A stretch of DNA of 64,000 nucleotides from a candidate division WWE3 bacterium (lineage in GTDB: Bacteria > Patescibacteriota > WWE3 > JAPLWK01). Below the pieces are notes generated by a model that did no database searches, was not told the origin of the DNA, and saw only the letters and a list, made by a program, of their open reading frames with translations. Shown one piece after another: positions 11,155 through 21,679 of the stretch. The stretch covers positions 48,348 to 112,347 of the forward strand of contig JAPLWK010000010.1 of assembly GCA_026396615.1 (NCBI GenBank), in the 5' to 3' direction. The number at the start of each line of letters is the position of its first letter. Within the stretch, counting starts at the first letter, position 1. The position numbers and the translations under genes are program-made.

Positions 11155-12715
11155 TCTTTGGAAAAACTACAAAGTTTTGATTGTCTTTCTAGTAGTTTTG
11201 ACGATCTTTCGAATCGCAATAATAAATATTAATGTCACTGAATGGGGTGACTCTTTTAGAATTCTACGCGCCGCAAAATATTTACTTAATCTCACTTATC
11301 CGCTTGATGAAAAACGCTTACCATTTTTTTCACTGCTACTGTCACCCGGTATTCTAGTTCTTGAGCCTGTTTTGTGGGGTCGAATCTTTGCAATTGGCAT
11401 GACCATAGTTAATCTATTTCTAACAGCTATTCTTTTTAGAACTTTATTTCCAAAAGTTAAAAATTCCGTCATTACACTCGCCGTAGTTCTCCTGGCTATT
11501 AATCCGATCTTTTTTTATTGGAGCCTTCGAATTATGGCGGAGACGACTTTCGTTTCATTAGTTCTGCTGGCATTTATAGTTTATTTCAAAGGTATTCGGT
11601 CGAATCGTAGTTGGTGGCCGTATTTCCTTGGCTTAGTTCTCGCTTTAGGAGCGCTGACCCGTTACGAAGGGTTTTTACTGTCTGGATCTTTTGGCTTGGT
11701 CTTTCTACTAAAGCGGCAATGGTCAAATATATTTAAAACATTTAGTGTGTGGTTTGTTTTAGTCGCCCCTTGGTTCGTCTTGACAAAATTGATATTGCAC
11801 GGCGGAACGAGTAACGCGTATGTTTCTGAACTAGGAACGTTTAATTTTGATCTAAATCGCTTGGGTTACTTTATCACTTATACCCTGTTCTTTTTAGGTT
11901 ATCCAATTCTCTTAAGTCTAATCGTTCCAAGTATCATTAGTTGGCGTAAGCGTCTGGTGTCTGTCATTCATGCTGCGGCGACGAGCCCTTTGTGGATTTT
12001 TGTAGCGATCGAGGTCGCTCTCTTTTTCGTGTGGACGCCATCATTACCGCGAATCATGCTATCAGTAATTCCTGTTGCCTACATCTTTGCTACTAAAGCT
12101 TTGAGTGATATTGATTTTAGGACTAATCGAAAAATATTGATTTTGTCATCCTCACTTCTTTTAATAATGTTTGTAGTCTTGCAATTAAAATTCCGAATGT
12201 ATTTTTTAGTTTTGTCGAGGTTGGGTGAGGTCTTGATCATTGGGCTGTCGATTTTAGGAATAATTGCAATGTGGCGAAACTCTAAAAAACTATTTTTGAC
12301 AGGACTAATTTTATCATGTCTGATCGGGTCTTTTGTGGTCGTTGCAAACCAGAGACTTGTTTACTCTACAATATATGACGTGTCTTTAAAGGCTGCAGGG
12401 CTTCCGGGAAATATCGCTTTCTCAGATGAGACTGGTGTTTCAGCTTGGTATTTAGGCAACAAGGGTGTTTATTACAATCCGTCGACGCCAATGGACGTTA
12501 CCAAACAGACTGAGTGGCTTCACCAAAACAATATTGCCTATGTTATAAACACCAACGAGTTTAATCGGGGTGACGCACTAAACTTGTCAAAACTAGCATG
12601 TAGTCAGCGAGTTAATGTCACTATCGCCGATACTTTGGACATAATTACCCAGCGGCTTGGCTTGCTAAAAAATAAACAGTATCCTGTTTTGTATAGTGAC
12701 ATCTGCAAAGTGTAA
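11135..12715 (+). CDS. GT-C (PMT_2-like) membrane glycosyltransferase
   Basis: EWGDS, EKRLP, TRYEG; paralog of 1408..3015. Confidence 0.78.
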   Translation: MKAWLTNLWKNYKVLIVFLVVLTIFRIAIININVTEWGDSFRILRAAKYLLNLTYPLDEKRLPFFSLLLSPGILVLEPVLWGRIFAIGMTIVNLFLTAILFRTLFPKVKNSVITLAVVLLAINPIFFYWSLRIMAETTFVSLVLLAFIVYFKGIRSNRSWWPYFLGLVLALGALTRYEGFLLSGSFGLVFLLKRQWSNIFKTFSVWFVLVAPWFVLTKLILHGGTSNAYVSELGTFNFDLNRLGYFITYTLFFLGYPILLSLIVPSIISWRKRLVSVIHAAATSPLWIFVAIEVALFFVWTPSLPRIMLSVIPVAYIFATKALSDIDFRTNRKILILSSSLLLIMFVVLQLKFRMYFLVLSRLGEVLIIGLSILGIIAMWRNSKKLFLTGLILSCLIGSFVVVANQRLVYSTIYDVSLKAAGLPGNIAFSDETGVSAWYLGNKGVYYNPSTPMDVTKQTEWLHQNNIAYVINTNEFNRGDALNLSKLACSQRVNVTIADTLDIITQRLGLLKNKQYPVLYSDICKV

Positions 12716-12717
12716 TT

Positions 12718-13422
12718 ATGAGTAAATTATCGATTTGTATTCCTGTTTATAACGAGCAGGCGACTATTAGAGAACTTTTAGACAAAGTCACCGCGGTGCC
12801 ACTTGATAAAGAAATTATTGTGGTCAACGATGGTAGCACCGACAGGACCCCACAGATTCTGGCTGAGTATGCAGATAATCATCATATTTCGGTATTTAAT
12901 AAATCAAATGGCGGGAAGGGAACGGCTTTAATCGAGGCTTTTAAACATGTAAGTGGGGACTATGTTGTAGTCCAAGACGCTGATCTCGAATATGATCCCT
13001 TTGATTTCGTAAAAATGCTTGCAACTGCGGAGTCTAAAAATGTCACAGTAGTTTACGGCAGTCGTTTCCTTGGAAAGCCTTTGACAATGTCAGTTCTAAA
13101 GAATTATTTAGCCAGCAAATTATTATCGTTTTTTGTGTGGCTTTTATACGGTCAGATGATCACTGATGAGTCGACGTGCTACAAACTTTTTAAAACAGAA
13201 GTTTTAAAACAGATTCCTTTGGAATGTAAGCGCTTCGAATTTTGTCCAGAAGTGACAGCGAAGGTTTTAAAAAGGGGCATCAAAATTATCGAAGTCCCAG
13301 TCTCTTTTAATCCACGGGATGCCAAAGACGGAAAAAAGATTAGCTACTTAAAAGATGGTTGGGAAGCGGTGGCGACGCTTTTTAAGTATTCTTCACAATT
13401 CAAATCCAGAGGTATCTCATAA
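12718..13422 (+). CDS. GT2 polyprenol-phosphate glycosyltransferase (DPM1-like)
   Basis: [39 protein letters not shown]. Confidence 0.9.
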   Translation: MSKLSICIPVYNEQATIRELLDKVTAVPLDKEIIVVNDGSTDRTPQILAEYADNHHISVFNKSNGGKGTALIEAFKHVSGDYVVVQDADLEYDPFDFVKMLATAESKNVTVVYGSRFLGKPLTMSVLKNYLASKLLSFFVWLLYGQMITDESTCYKLFKTEVLKQIPLECKRFEFCPEVTAKVLKRGIKIIEVPVSFNPRDAKDGKKISYLKDGWEAVATLFKYSSQFKSRGIS

Positions 13423-15119
13423 ATTTTTATCAACGGACCGATTTTTGGTGATGAGACTTTAGGGTCAAATACTTTTACTAGTTTCCATTTAGATACTGAC
13501 GCAAAGTAATTAACCCAAGATTTATAGAAATCTGGATAATACTTTTCAGACTCTTGGCTGATTATCGCGGACGCTATAGAACTGTTAACGACTAAGTATC
13601 TCCGAGGGTACTCTAAAGTATCAGCTTGGCAAAACACTGTTTGCAGAATTGGAGCTAGAGATTTATTAAGCGGGGCATAAGTGCTTCCACAATGCGGATA
13701 CCCTATCTCTACGACATTGTTTAGTCCATATTTATAAAGAGGTGGTGAGGCGTAGCTGGTAGCATTAAAAATTAGATCATTCCCAGATAAGTTACCAACA
13801 ATCCAATTCGCTGCTTCCTCCCGCGTGTCGATCTGCTGACTGGCGTTTAGGAAAATGTATGTATTAATCCCGCTGGGAGCGATAAGTATAATTAATAAAC
13901 TACTGCAGCAAAAGATCCTTAGCACCCGTGATTTTTTAGCAGCTAATTTATAAATTTCTACTACTAGAGCAGCGATAACCGGGATCATTAGTGGCATAAA
14001 TGGCAGCAGGCGACGTAGTGCCATCGAATTAGTACCGCTGTAAAAAATTACTCCTAACACGAACGATAAACATAGTAATCTAATCTTTCGGTTTTTATAC
14101 AGCAGTCCCCAGATAGTTGCTGCAGCTAGCAGGATAGATCCCGGCCACCCCAAAGCCTCCTTAAATGAAGATGGGTTTAAAAGCGGCAAGGTTTCAATAC
14201 TAATGCCATTTCCAAAAAAGTATTGCCACGGTCCAAAGCCTCTAACATCGGAAACACAACCTGATCTCATCGTGTCGGAAATACCTTTAAGGGCCATAAT
14301 TGTTTTTTGAAAATAGATAATGGTGGCTGGTGATAAAATTACAAAAGTAAATCCTGTTAGTATTCCAATCAAAGCTATGTTTCGTATGGTAGTAGTGACA
14401 GTTGCTTCTTTACGAAAAATTAATGCCCCAAAAATAATTAGTAACGGTAACGCGAGAATGAGAGCTCCGGAATTCATGGCAAGCGCGATTCCAAAAGATA
14501 TTCCGACTAGAACAATATTTTTGATTGAGTTTTTTTCATAAAGTCTAAAAAAACAGTACATAAAAAATAAATTGAAAAGCGCGCTAACGTTGTAAGGGGA
14601 GATGGTATGGGCATAAAAAATTAAGTAGTAGCAGAAGACACTCAGTATCAAAGAAATCCAAGCTACGGTATTATCAAAATATTTTCGGCCGAATTTAAAT
14701 AAAACAATAGGTACTAATGCTGTGATTAGAGCGGTGAATACCCTTGCCAGATTAAAAAAATCCGGTCTTGTCCAGGTGTGGATATCGTTCAATAAACTTG
14801 GTAACAATTTATGGCCAATTTGCCATACTTCTTTAAAGATAGTAACTAAGACAAAAAGTAAATTCGTATATCCTTGGGGATGGCCGTAAAAATAATCGGT
14901 ATTAATAAAACTAAGAAAACCGCCAGCGCCAGTTAATTTTGATAAATTAAAAACCAGATTTAGTGATGGTCCAAAGAAATCAATCTCGTCCGGGTTTTCA
15001 AAATTGTCGAGTTTAGGAAGCCCATGAGAAATAAAAGCTATTCTCAGATAAATTCCTAAAGACACAAGACCAATAAAAATAACCGCCGATAATATTTTAA
15101 ATCTTTGTTCTTTAGACAT
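13344..15119 (-). CDS. GT-C (PMT_2-like) membrane glycosyltransferase
   Basis: HGLP..NPDE, NTDYF.HP.G; paralog of 30948..32630. Confidence 0.8.
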   Translation of the reverse strand: MSKEQRFKILSAVIFIGLVSLGIYLRIAFISHGLPKLDNFENPDEIDFFGPSLNLVFNLSKLTGAGGFLSFINTDYFYGHPQGYTNLLFVLVTIFKEVWQIGHKLLPSLLNDIHTWTRPDFFNLARVFTALITALVPIVLFKFGRKYFDNTVAWISLILSVFCYYLIFYAHTISPYNVSALFNLFFMYCFFRLYEKNSIKNIVLVGISFGIALAMNSGALILALPLLIIFGALIFRKEATVTTTIRNIALIGILTGFTFVILSPATIIYFQKTIMALKGISDTMRSGCVSDVRGFGPWQYFFGNGISIETLPLLNPSSFKEALGWPGSILLAAATIWGLLYKNRKIRLLCLSFVLGVIFYSGTNSMALRRLLPFMPLMIPVIAALVVEIYKLAAKKSRVLRIFCCSSLLIILIAPSGINTYIFLNASQQIDTREEAANWIVGNLSGNDLIFNATSYASPPLYKYGLNNVVEIGYPHCGSTYAPLNKSLAPILQTVFCQADTLEYPRRYLVVNSSIASAIISQESEKYYPDFYKSWVNYFASVSKWKLVKVFDPKVSSPKIGPLIKIYEIPLDLNCEEYLKSVATASQPSFK

Positions 15120-15135
15120 ATTGATAGGGCTAAAT

Positions 15136-15822
15136 TTAACCTACAAATCTATATTTAATCAGTGTCCAGAGGGCTTCAACACCGTCCCACGCCTTAACTT
15201 TTTTGCCTTCTGAACTGTCTCTTGGGTGGTAACTAATAGGAACTTCAATTATTTTGTAGCCCCTCTTTAGAACTTTCGCGGTCACTTCCGGACAAAATTC
15301 GAAGCGATTACATTTTAGGTTTAGACTCTTTATAAGGTCAGATTTAAAAACTTTATACGCGGTGGCTTCATCCGTAATACGTGATCCGTAAAGAATATTA
15401 ACGGCGGTGGTTAATATTCGATTGGCAAGGATACTTCGAAATGGTAAATTCTCAACTTTATTCATGAAACGCGATCCGTACACCACATGTGTTTGGCCAG
15501 ATTCTATAGGGGCTAGGAGTTTGTAATATTCCTCTGGATCGAGTTCTAAGTCGGCGTCTTGAATAATAACTACATCTCCAGTTACTTGTGCAAGGCCGTA
15601 GCGGATGGCCGCGCCCTTTCCTTTAATTGGGGAGACGACAACTTTTAAAACGTTCCCTGTTAGGGTTGCTTGGTGCTTAAGGATTTCCAAAGTACTGTCT
15701 GTAGACCCGTTTTCAACGGCAATAATCTCTTTGGGTATTGGGACCATTCGCACTCGCTCGATAACTTCGCCAACGGTGCCTTCTTCGTTATACACAGGTA
15801 TTATCACCGATAATAATTTCAT
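15136..15822 (-). CDS. GT2 polyprenol-phosphate glycosyltransferase (DPM1-like)
   Basis: [32 protein letters not shown]. Confidence 0.9.
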   Translation of the reverse strand: MKLLSVIIPVYNEEGTVGEVIERVRMVPIPKEIIAVENGSTDSTLEILKHQATLTGNVLKVVVSPIKGKGAAIRYGLAQVTGDVVIIQDADLELDPEEYYKLLAPIESGQTHVVYGSRFMNKVENLPFRSILANRILTTAVNILYGSRITDEATAYKVFKSDLIKSLNLKCNRFEFCPEVTAKVLKRGYKIIEVPISYHPRDSSEGKKVKAWDGVEALWTLIKYRFVG

Positions 15823-15824
15823 AG

Positions 15825-17420
15825 TTACGTATTCGTTGGGTAAGTATTTACACTAGTATCAATCAAATACAACTGATCGCATTTTATATTAAATAGCAGG
15901 CAATATTTTTCTTCACTCAGATGCAGGTGTGAATCGGTAAGCCATGAGCGAAAAGAGATAACGTACCGCGGGTTTTTTGGAAAATAGTCATAGCCAAGTC
16001 TTGTGTCTAAATCTTGTCCGATATGTTTTTCAGCCAAATTCCAGGCATCCCATTCATAACCACCGTCAATTTCGTTTATGTTTACTTTCTGTCGGAGCAA
16101 GTTTTGACCGAGTTGCCAGCGCGCTTCATTCCACTGTTTAAACTCATAAATCCAGATTAAATTCAATCCAACGAAAAACGCAATTACAAAGGCTGCGCAG
16201 ATTTTAGAAAAATTACTATTAAGAACGAAATATTTTCCGAAACTCAGGGTTAAAAGTGAGACCACTGGCAAATAGTACCTATCACAATGGACCATCATGA
16301 ATGGGAAAAAGGCGACCAGAATTAAGGCTACTATTTGCTCAAGATCAAGCCGCTTTTTAAAATTCGCCACAAATAAAGCGACTCCGATCACCGACAACGT
16401 TGTGGCAATAACTCCTAGCTGTAGTGGGTGTGGAAAAAGAAACATTTTGGTGCCGTCAATAGAATTAGGTGCGAAGCCATTAATTGTTAATAATGCTGGG
16501 GTATAAAACATTAACTTCCCAAATTTCAGCCAATAAACACCGGCAATAAAAACGGCGACAACTGCTCCAATTACGAATTTAAGAATAGATCTTTTGGTTG
16601 GCTTAAAAATGAGAATAGTAACGGGTGGTAGTAACAAACCTAAGTACATTAACGTTTGAGTCCAGCGATCGAGTGCCGTCAAAATGTTGAAAGAAAGATG
16701 ACTAGACTGCATTTGTTGGACAATTGTAGGTGGTTGCACGAAATGAAACCAAGCAAAATATGCGATGAGTCCTAGTCCTGCTGGGATTGTTATTGCAAGC
16801 ATTTTTGAGATTTTTAGAGTCTGCTCTTTTGTTCTTAGTAGGTAAAGATAGTAAATTAGGGCGGCGGCTGGGAGGGCTGCCCCGATTTGACGGACACAAA
16901 TTGAACAGGCGGCCACAATTGACCCCAGAATTAAGAAACGTAATTTATCACTTTTAAGACCATACTCGTAGAAAGCAATGCTAAGAATTAGAAGAACTGT
17001 GAAGAGTACGTCTGTTCCAAAAGAGTACGACAGAAAGAAAAATAAGGGGTTTAAAAATAGTATAAGTGGCAAGTAGGCAGAGTTTATTTTGTAATTAACA
17101 CGTAAGTGCCAATAAGCGACTACAACACCGATGATGGAAAATATCGCGACTAGAAAATGGATCTTAGGAATAGAGAACCCGACTATACTAGAGTAAATAA
17201 AACCAAGTATTGTTTGGAAGAAAGTACTGGCCCTGGCATATTCGGAAACTCTAAAATTACCACTTAAAAACTTCTGAACACTTTGAATGTAAACCCAGTC
17301 GTCGTCGACCGGAAACTTAAAAGTCGGCGGTACGACTAAATAGGCAAGTAGTACCACCCCCAAAATAATTAGAAACTTCCTCAGTTTATGTTGTTTTACC
17401 CAATGACTTAAGCGAGTTAT
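15825..17420 (-). CDS. GT-C membrane glycosyltransferase; start probably at in-frame ATA 17420 (first canonical start is TTG 17363)
   Basis: PVDDDW first loop, TDV, RQ and IDGGYEW motifs; frame stays open upstream to an ATA 7 nt after a -10 box. Confidence 0.75.
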   Translation of the reverse strand: MTRLSHWVKQHKLRKFLIILGVVLLAYLVVPPTFKFPVDDDWVYIQSVQKFLSGNFRVSEYARASTFFQTILGFIYSSIVGFSIPKIHFLVAIFSIIGVVVAYWHLRVNYKINSAYLPLILFLNPLFFFLSYSFGTDVLFTVLLILSIAFYEYGLKSDKLRFLILGSIVAACSICVRQIGAALPAAALIYYLYLLRTKEQTLKISKMLAITIPAGLGLIAYFAWFHFVQPPTIVQQMQSSHLSFNILTALDRWTQTLMYLGLLLPPVTILIFKPTKRSILKFVIGAVVAVFIAGVYWLKFGKLMFYTPALLTINGFAPNSIDGTKMFLFPHPLQLGVIATTLSVIGVALFVANFKKRLDLEQIVALILVAFFPFMMVHCDRYYLPVVSLLTLSFGKYFVLNSNFSKICAAFVIAFFVGLNLIWIYEFKQWNEARWQLGQNLLRQKVNINEIDGGYEWDAWNLAEKHIGQDLDTRLGYDYFPKNPRYVISFRSWLTDSHLHLSEEKYCLLFNIKCDQLYLIDTSVNTYPTNT

Positions 17421-17452
17421 GGCTATTAGTTTACACTAAAGATGATGCGCTA

Positions 17453-17461
17453 TGCTAGAAT
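17453..17461 (+). promoter_or_regulatory. Extended -10 (TGcTAGAAT) 6 nt upstream of ATG 17468; probable leaderless promoter
   Basis: TGC TAGAAT TAATCA ATG. Confidence 0.55.
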
Positions 17462-17467
17462 TAATCA

Positions 17468-18154
17468 ATGCTTTTATCGATCATAATCCCGGTTTATAAC
17501 GAGGTGGCGACTTTGGAAGAGTTGCTAAAGAGAGTTAAAGCTGTTGAAGGCATCGATAAAGAAATTATTTTGATTGATGACGGTAGTAAAGACGGCAGTC
17601 GGGAACTATTGGGAAAATTAAGTGAGGCCGATTTGTCATTGAAAGTTATTTTGCATGAGAAGAATCAAGGCAAGGGAGCGGCGCTGAAGACTGGATTTGT
17701 GGCAGCAACCGGGGATTACGTGATTGTTCAGGACGCTGACCTTGAGTACGATCCAGAAGATTATCATAAACTTCTAAAACCGATTAATGACGGTAAAGCC
17801 ACAGTGGTTTACGGAAGTCGGTTTACCGGGGAACACCGGAATATGAATTATAAGCATTGGCTGGGGAATAAATTTCTGACGTTTTTAACTAATGTTCTCT
17901 ACGACACCACGCTTTCGGATATGGAAACTTGCTATAAGGTCATTCCACGTGAATTACTGCAAAATATAAAACTTCGCGCTAATCGATTTGACTTTGAACC
18001 GGAGATAACTGCTAAAATACTCAAAACCGGGGTGCGGATATACGAGGTGCCGATATCTTACGCCGGTCGGGAAAGCAACGAAGGCAAGAAAATTAGCTGG
18101 AAAGATGGCCTCCCGGCTTTGTGGTCTTTAATTAAGTATCGATTTGTAGATTAA
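17468..18154 (+). CDS. GT2 polyprenol-phosphate glycosyltransferase (DPM1-like)
   Basis: IPVYNE, DDGSKDG, QDADLEYDP, DMETCYK, FDFEPEITAK. Confidence 0.9.
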   Translation: MLLSIIIPVYNEVATLEELLKRVKAVEGIDKEIILIDDGSKDGSRELLGKLSEADLSLKVILHEKNQGKGAALKTGFVAATGDYVIVQDADLEYDPEDYHKLLKPINDGKATVVYGSRFTGEHRNMNYKHWLGNKFLTFLTNVLYDTTLSDMETCYKVIPRELLQNIKLRANRFDFEPEITAKILKTGVRIYEVPISYAGRESNEGKKISWKDGLPALWSLIKYRFVD

Positions 18155-18156
18155 TT

Positions 18157-18766
18157 ATGCAAAAAGTTTTAGTACGGAAACTCTCCCGATGGTACCTCTA
18201 GAATAGTCGAAACTTTAAAGCAGACTAATTCCCGTTTAAATTTACTAGTAGAAACTAAAAAAGAAGGTTTGGGACGAGCTTACGGTAAGGGTTTTCGGTG
18301 GGGGCTCGATCGTGGCTACGATTTAATTATCGAAAGTGACGCCGACATGTCACACGACCCGAAGTACCTGTCGCAAATGTTAAAGTTGTCAAAATCGGCG
18401 GATCTCGTAATCGCCTCACGCTACGTCAAAGGCGGCGGAACTGAAGGCTGGGGACTGCTACGAAAATTAATTTCTTATGGTGCGAGTGTATATACGCGTG
18501 TCATCTCAGGATTGCTTGTTCACGATGTGACTGGAGGTTACAAATGCTTCCATCGCCAAGTTTTAGAAACAGTGCCTTTCGAAAAAGTTAGGGCTTTTGG
18601 TTATGGCTTTCAAATAGAGATGAATTATCGGGTTTGGAAAGCTGGCTTTAAAATTACAGAATTCCCGATTATTTTTCCGGATCGCCGTAAAGGGGTCTCC
18701 AAATTTAATAAGAAGATATTTGTGGAAGCTTTTTTACTAGTTTGGAAACTACGATTTGCACAATGA
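18157..18766 (+). pseudogene. Polyprenol monophosphomannose synthase (Ppm1-like GT2) with an N-terminal frameshifting deletion
   Basis: ATG 18157 gives MQKVLV then a stop at 18199-18201; another frame resumes GNSPDGTSRIV...GLGRAY...DADMSHDP; the IIPTYNE...VVD segment is missing. Confidence 0.8.
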
Positions 18767-20208
18767 TTAATTATAATCGGCTTATCGTTTTAACTCTATT
18801 TTTTTCGGTAGTAATCGTTGGAATTCTGGGAGTAGTTCGCTATAACGACTTTAATTATTTAGGTTCTGTGCCCGCTTCGAATGCGCACTTCACTCTTAGC
18901 ATCATTCTTAAACGAGCCTTAAATCTTAATACTTATTACGGCGCCTCCGGGGTTGATTTAGCTAGAATCAACGGTGGTGACTATTTACCGGTTTACGCAC
19001 CAGGTTACAGTTTCGCGGCGGCTCTTCCGTACGGATTGCTTCAGATTTTTAATCATTTTTGGGTAAGATTTTTTAATCCGTTATCCGAATCAATATCGCT
19101 CTTTCTAGAAAGTACAGCCTTAGCTTTACCATCAATTTTATCTACAGCATTAATTTCAGTATTAATATATAAATTGTTACTTCACTTTAAAGTCTCAAAA
19201 ACAATCGCAGTCATTACCGCCTGGTCCTTCCCTTTTGCCACTTTTTTACTAGGGTACACCTCAACTACATATAACGGTCTGCTCGCGGCGAGCTTACTTC
19301 TGCTGGCTTTCTACTGGCTGGTGGTTCCGGAAAAATATAACTTGCGAATTCCACTCCTCGTAGGTTTACTTTTCGGAATGATCGCTAACACTGAATACGT
19401 AGTTGCCCTATGTTTTATACCTTCGCTTGTTTATTTCTATATTAAGACCCGTGATAAATATAAAACCGGCATTGTTGTGGCTGGTTTTATGGCGGGGATG
19501 TTGGCCTTAGGACTTTATAATAACGCCTTGTTTGGCAAGCCTTGGACTTTCGGTGAGCAATTTACAGGGACTGCTTTTAGAACTGGTGCAGATTTAACCA
19601 GCATTACTTTTTCAGGTAATTTATGGCAAAGTCTTTACGGAAATCTTTTATCACCAGCTAAAGGCCTAATTTTTCAAGCACCCCTTTCTCTACTGGCTGT
19701 ACCTGGATTAATTTACCTTTTTAAGCGTCGAAGATCGTCGGCCGTTCTGGTAATTTCCTATATTGCTATAGTAGCTTTAGTTTATGCTTTTTGGCATGAC
19801 TGGGGTGGTGGCTGGACTACTGGCCCTCGATTTTACACAGCAATTGTGGCCTTTTTAATTATTGCGGCAGGGTACTTTTTTTCAGAAATTAAACGCAAAA
19901 CATTAGTAGCCCCAGGCTTTTTTGGATTAATTTTATTCGGTGTTTTAGCTGGAGCCACCACACTACTTTTTGGTCCTCGCGATAAATTTTCCGCTAGTTA
20001 CGATGTTTCTAGATTACGCGTTATTCAAAGACTGGAGCACCTGTTTCCAAATCCGGTGTCGGTAAGTAGTTTAGCTCCATATATCCCCAAAACTTTTGGA
20101 GTATCTCTTTCGGCGTATCTAGTGTTGCTAACCACGTTAATACTGGGGTCATTAATTATTTTAATAGTTTTGTCTAGGCGAAACGTGGTTAGTACTTATG
20201 AAAAATAA
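18763..20208 (+). CDS. GT-C-like polytopic membrane protein, tandem paralog 1
   Basis: GVD, Y.PGYS, WHDWGGGW.GPRF motifs; ATG 18763 overlaps the upstream stop. Confidence 0.72.
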   Translation: MINYNRLIVLTLFFSVVIVGILGVVRYNDFNYLGSVPASNAHFTLSIILKRALNLNTYYGASGVDLARINGGDYLPVYAPGYSFAAALPYGLLQIFNHFWVRFFNPLSESISLFLESTALALPSILSTALISVLIYKLLLHFKVSKTIAVITAWSFPFATFLLGYTSTTYNGLLAASLLLLAFYWLVVPEKYNLRIPLLVGLLFGMIANTEYVVALCFIPSLVYFYIKTRDKYKTGIVVAGFMAGMLALGLYNNALFGKPWTFGEQFTGTAFRTGADLTSITFSGNLWQSLYGNLLSPAKGLIFQAPLSLLAVPGLIYLFKRRRSSAVLVISYIAIVALVYAFWHDWGGGWTTGPRFYTAIVAFLIIAAGYFFSEIKRKTLVAPGFFGLILFGVLAGATTLLFGPRDKFSASYDVSRLRVIQRLEHLFPNPVSVSSLAPYIPKTFGVSLSAYLVLLTTLILGSLIILIVLSRRNVVSTYEK

Positions 20209-21679
20209 ACCCGTTATTATTAGCTGGATTTTATTTTTAGCAGTTTTTATTGTCGGTGTAACTAGCGTAGTTGCCAACGACAACTTTCAGTTTTTAAGTT
20301 CCATACCTGTAGCTAATGCTAACTTAACTAAAAGTATCGTCTTACAACGGGTATTAAATATTGATAAATATAAAGATGCATCTGGAGTCGATGTAGTTAA
20401 GTTTAAAGGTCACTATTACTCAGCGTATCCGCCTGGTTATAGCTTTTTTGCAGTTCCTTTTTACGGTGTTTTACAGATCTTTAATTATGGTTGGGTTCAC
20501 CTGTTTAAGCCTTTGAATGGTGCAGAATCGAGGTTACTTGAGAGTTTGGCATTGGCACTCCCCTCTATTTTGTCACTTGCTTTAACATCTGTTCTCCTTT
20601 TTAAGTTGCTATACTTTTATAAAAATAAGCTTTGGGTTTCGGCTTTGGCGGCCTGGGCTTTACCATTTACCACATTTTTGCTTGGTTATCTGCCAACGGC
20701 GTTTTTTCATTTACCAGCAGCTTTTTTTCTATTTTTAGGTTTTTATGTACTCGTTACTTCCGAAAAGATAACTATTTTAAGATCGTTTGTAATAGGCCTG
20801 TCATTAGGATTAGTAGCGATAACTGAGTATGTTCCTGCGCTTTGTTTTATTCCCATTTTTTTGGTCTTTATTTATAAATATAGAGACTATAAAAAATCTT
20901 TATTAGTATTATTCGGTTTTCTAGTTGGTTTTTCTATTTTAGGTGCTTATAACTACAAACTTTTTGGAGCCCCTTGGAAATTCGGGGAAAGCTACGCTGC
21001 TACTTCTAATTCTGAAGCAACGTCATTTGGGATTGCCTTTACCGGGAACCCGATTACAGCTTTAAGTGGCAATTATTTATCTCGGATCAAGGGTGTGGTA
21101 ACAAACGCCCCACTTTTCATACTGGCAATCCCTGGTTTTTATTTTTTGCTGAAGCGCCAACGTAAAGATGGCACCTTAGCTTTAGCTGTAGTTTTAGTGG
21201 TTAGTCTTGTTTACGCCTTTTGGCACGATTGGGGTGGTGGTTGGAGTTTAGGGCCACGTTTTTACACAAGTTTGATGCCGTTTTTCTTTACAGCTATTGG
21301 TTTTTTTGTTGAACATTTTTATAGAAATAAGTTTGCTAAAACTTTATTAGCTATAATGTTGGCTATCGGTGTTTTTGTGGCTTTCTGGTCGCTGTCTTTA
21401 GGTCCTAGACTTCTTACACCTAAGGCCGAAGCGAATATAGGTATTGTTGCTACTCAAAGGGCTTCCAGACTTCCATTAATTTTAGAGGAAGGTTTTTCTA
21501 AAAATAATTTAGCCCCATTTATATTTGAAGCGGCTTCTGATTTACCGATAATTAGCAAAATAAATTTTTCAACACTTCTTGCGGGTTATTCTTTCTTAAC
21601 GCTTTTCGTTATAATAGGCTCCTTGCTTTTAATATTAAAAATCGCGAAACCTGATAAGGTTGCGCCCACTATTTTATGA
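20198..21679 (+). CDS. GT-C-like polytopic membrane protein, tandem paralog 2
   Basis: Shares SGVD, YPPGYS, LESLALALPSILS and WHDWGGGWSLGPRF with 18763..20208. Confidence 0.72.
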   Translation: MKNKPVIISWILFLAVFIVGVTSVVANDNFQFLSSIPVANANLTKSIVLQRVLNIDKYKDASGVDVVKFKGHYYSAYPPGYSFFAVPFYGVLQIFNYGWVHLFKPLNGAESRLLESLALALPSILSLALTSVLLFKLLYFYKNKLWVSALAAWALPFTTFLLGYLPTAFFHLPAAFFLFLGFYVLVTSEKITILRSFVIGLSLGLVAITEYVPALCFIPIFLVFIYKYRDYKKSLLVLFGFLVGFSILGAYNYKLFGAPWKFGESYAATSNSEATSFGIAFTGNPITALSGNYLSRIKGVVTNAPLFILAIPGFYFLLKRQRKDGTLALAVVLVVSLVYAFWHDWGGGWSLGPRFYTSLMPFFFTAIGFFVEHFYRNKFAKTLLAIMLAIGVFVAFWSLSLGPRLLTPKAEANIGIVATQRASRLPLILEEGFSKNNLAPFIFEAASDLPIISKINFSTLLAGYSFLTLFVIIGSLLLILKIAKPDKVAPTIL

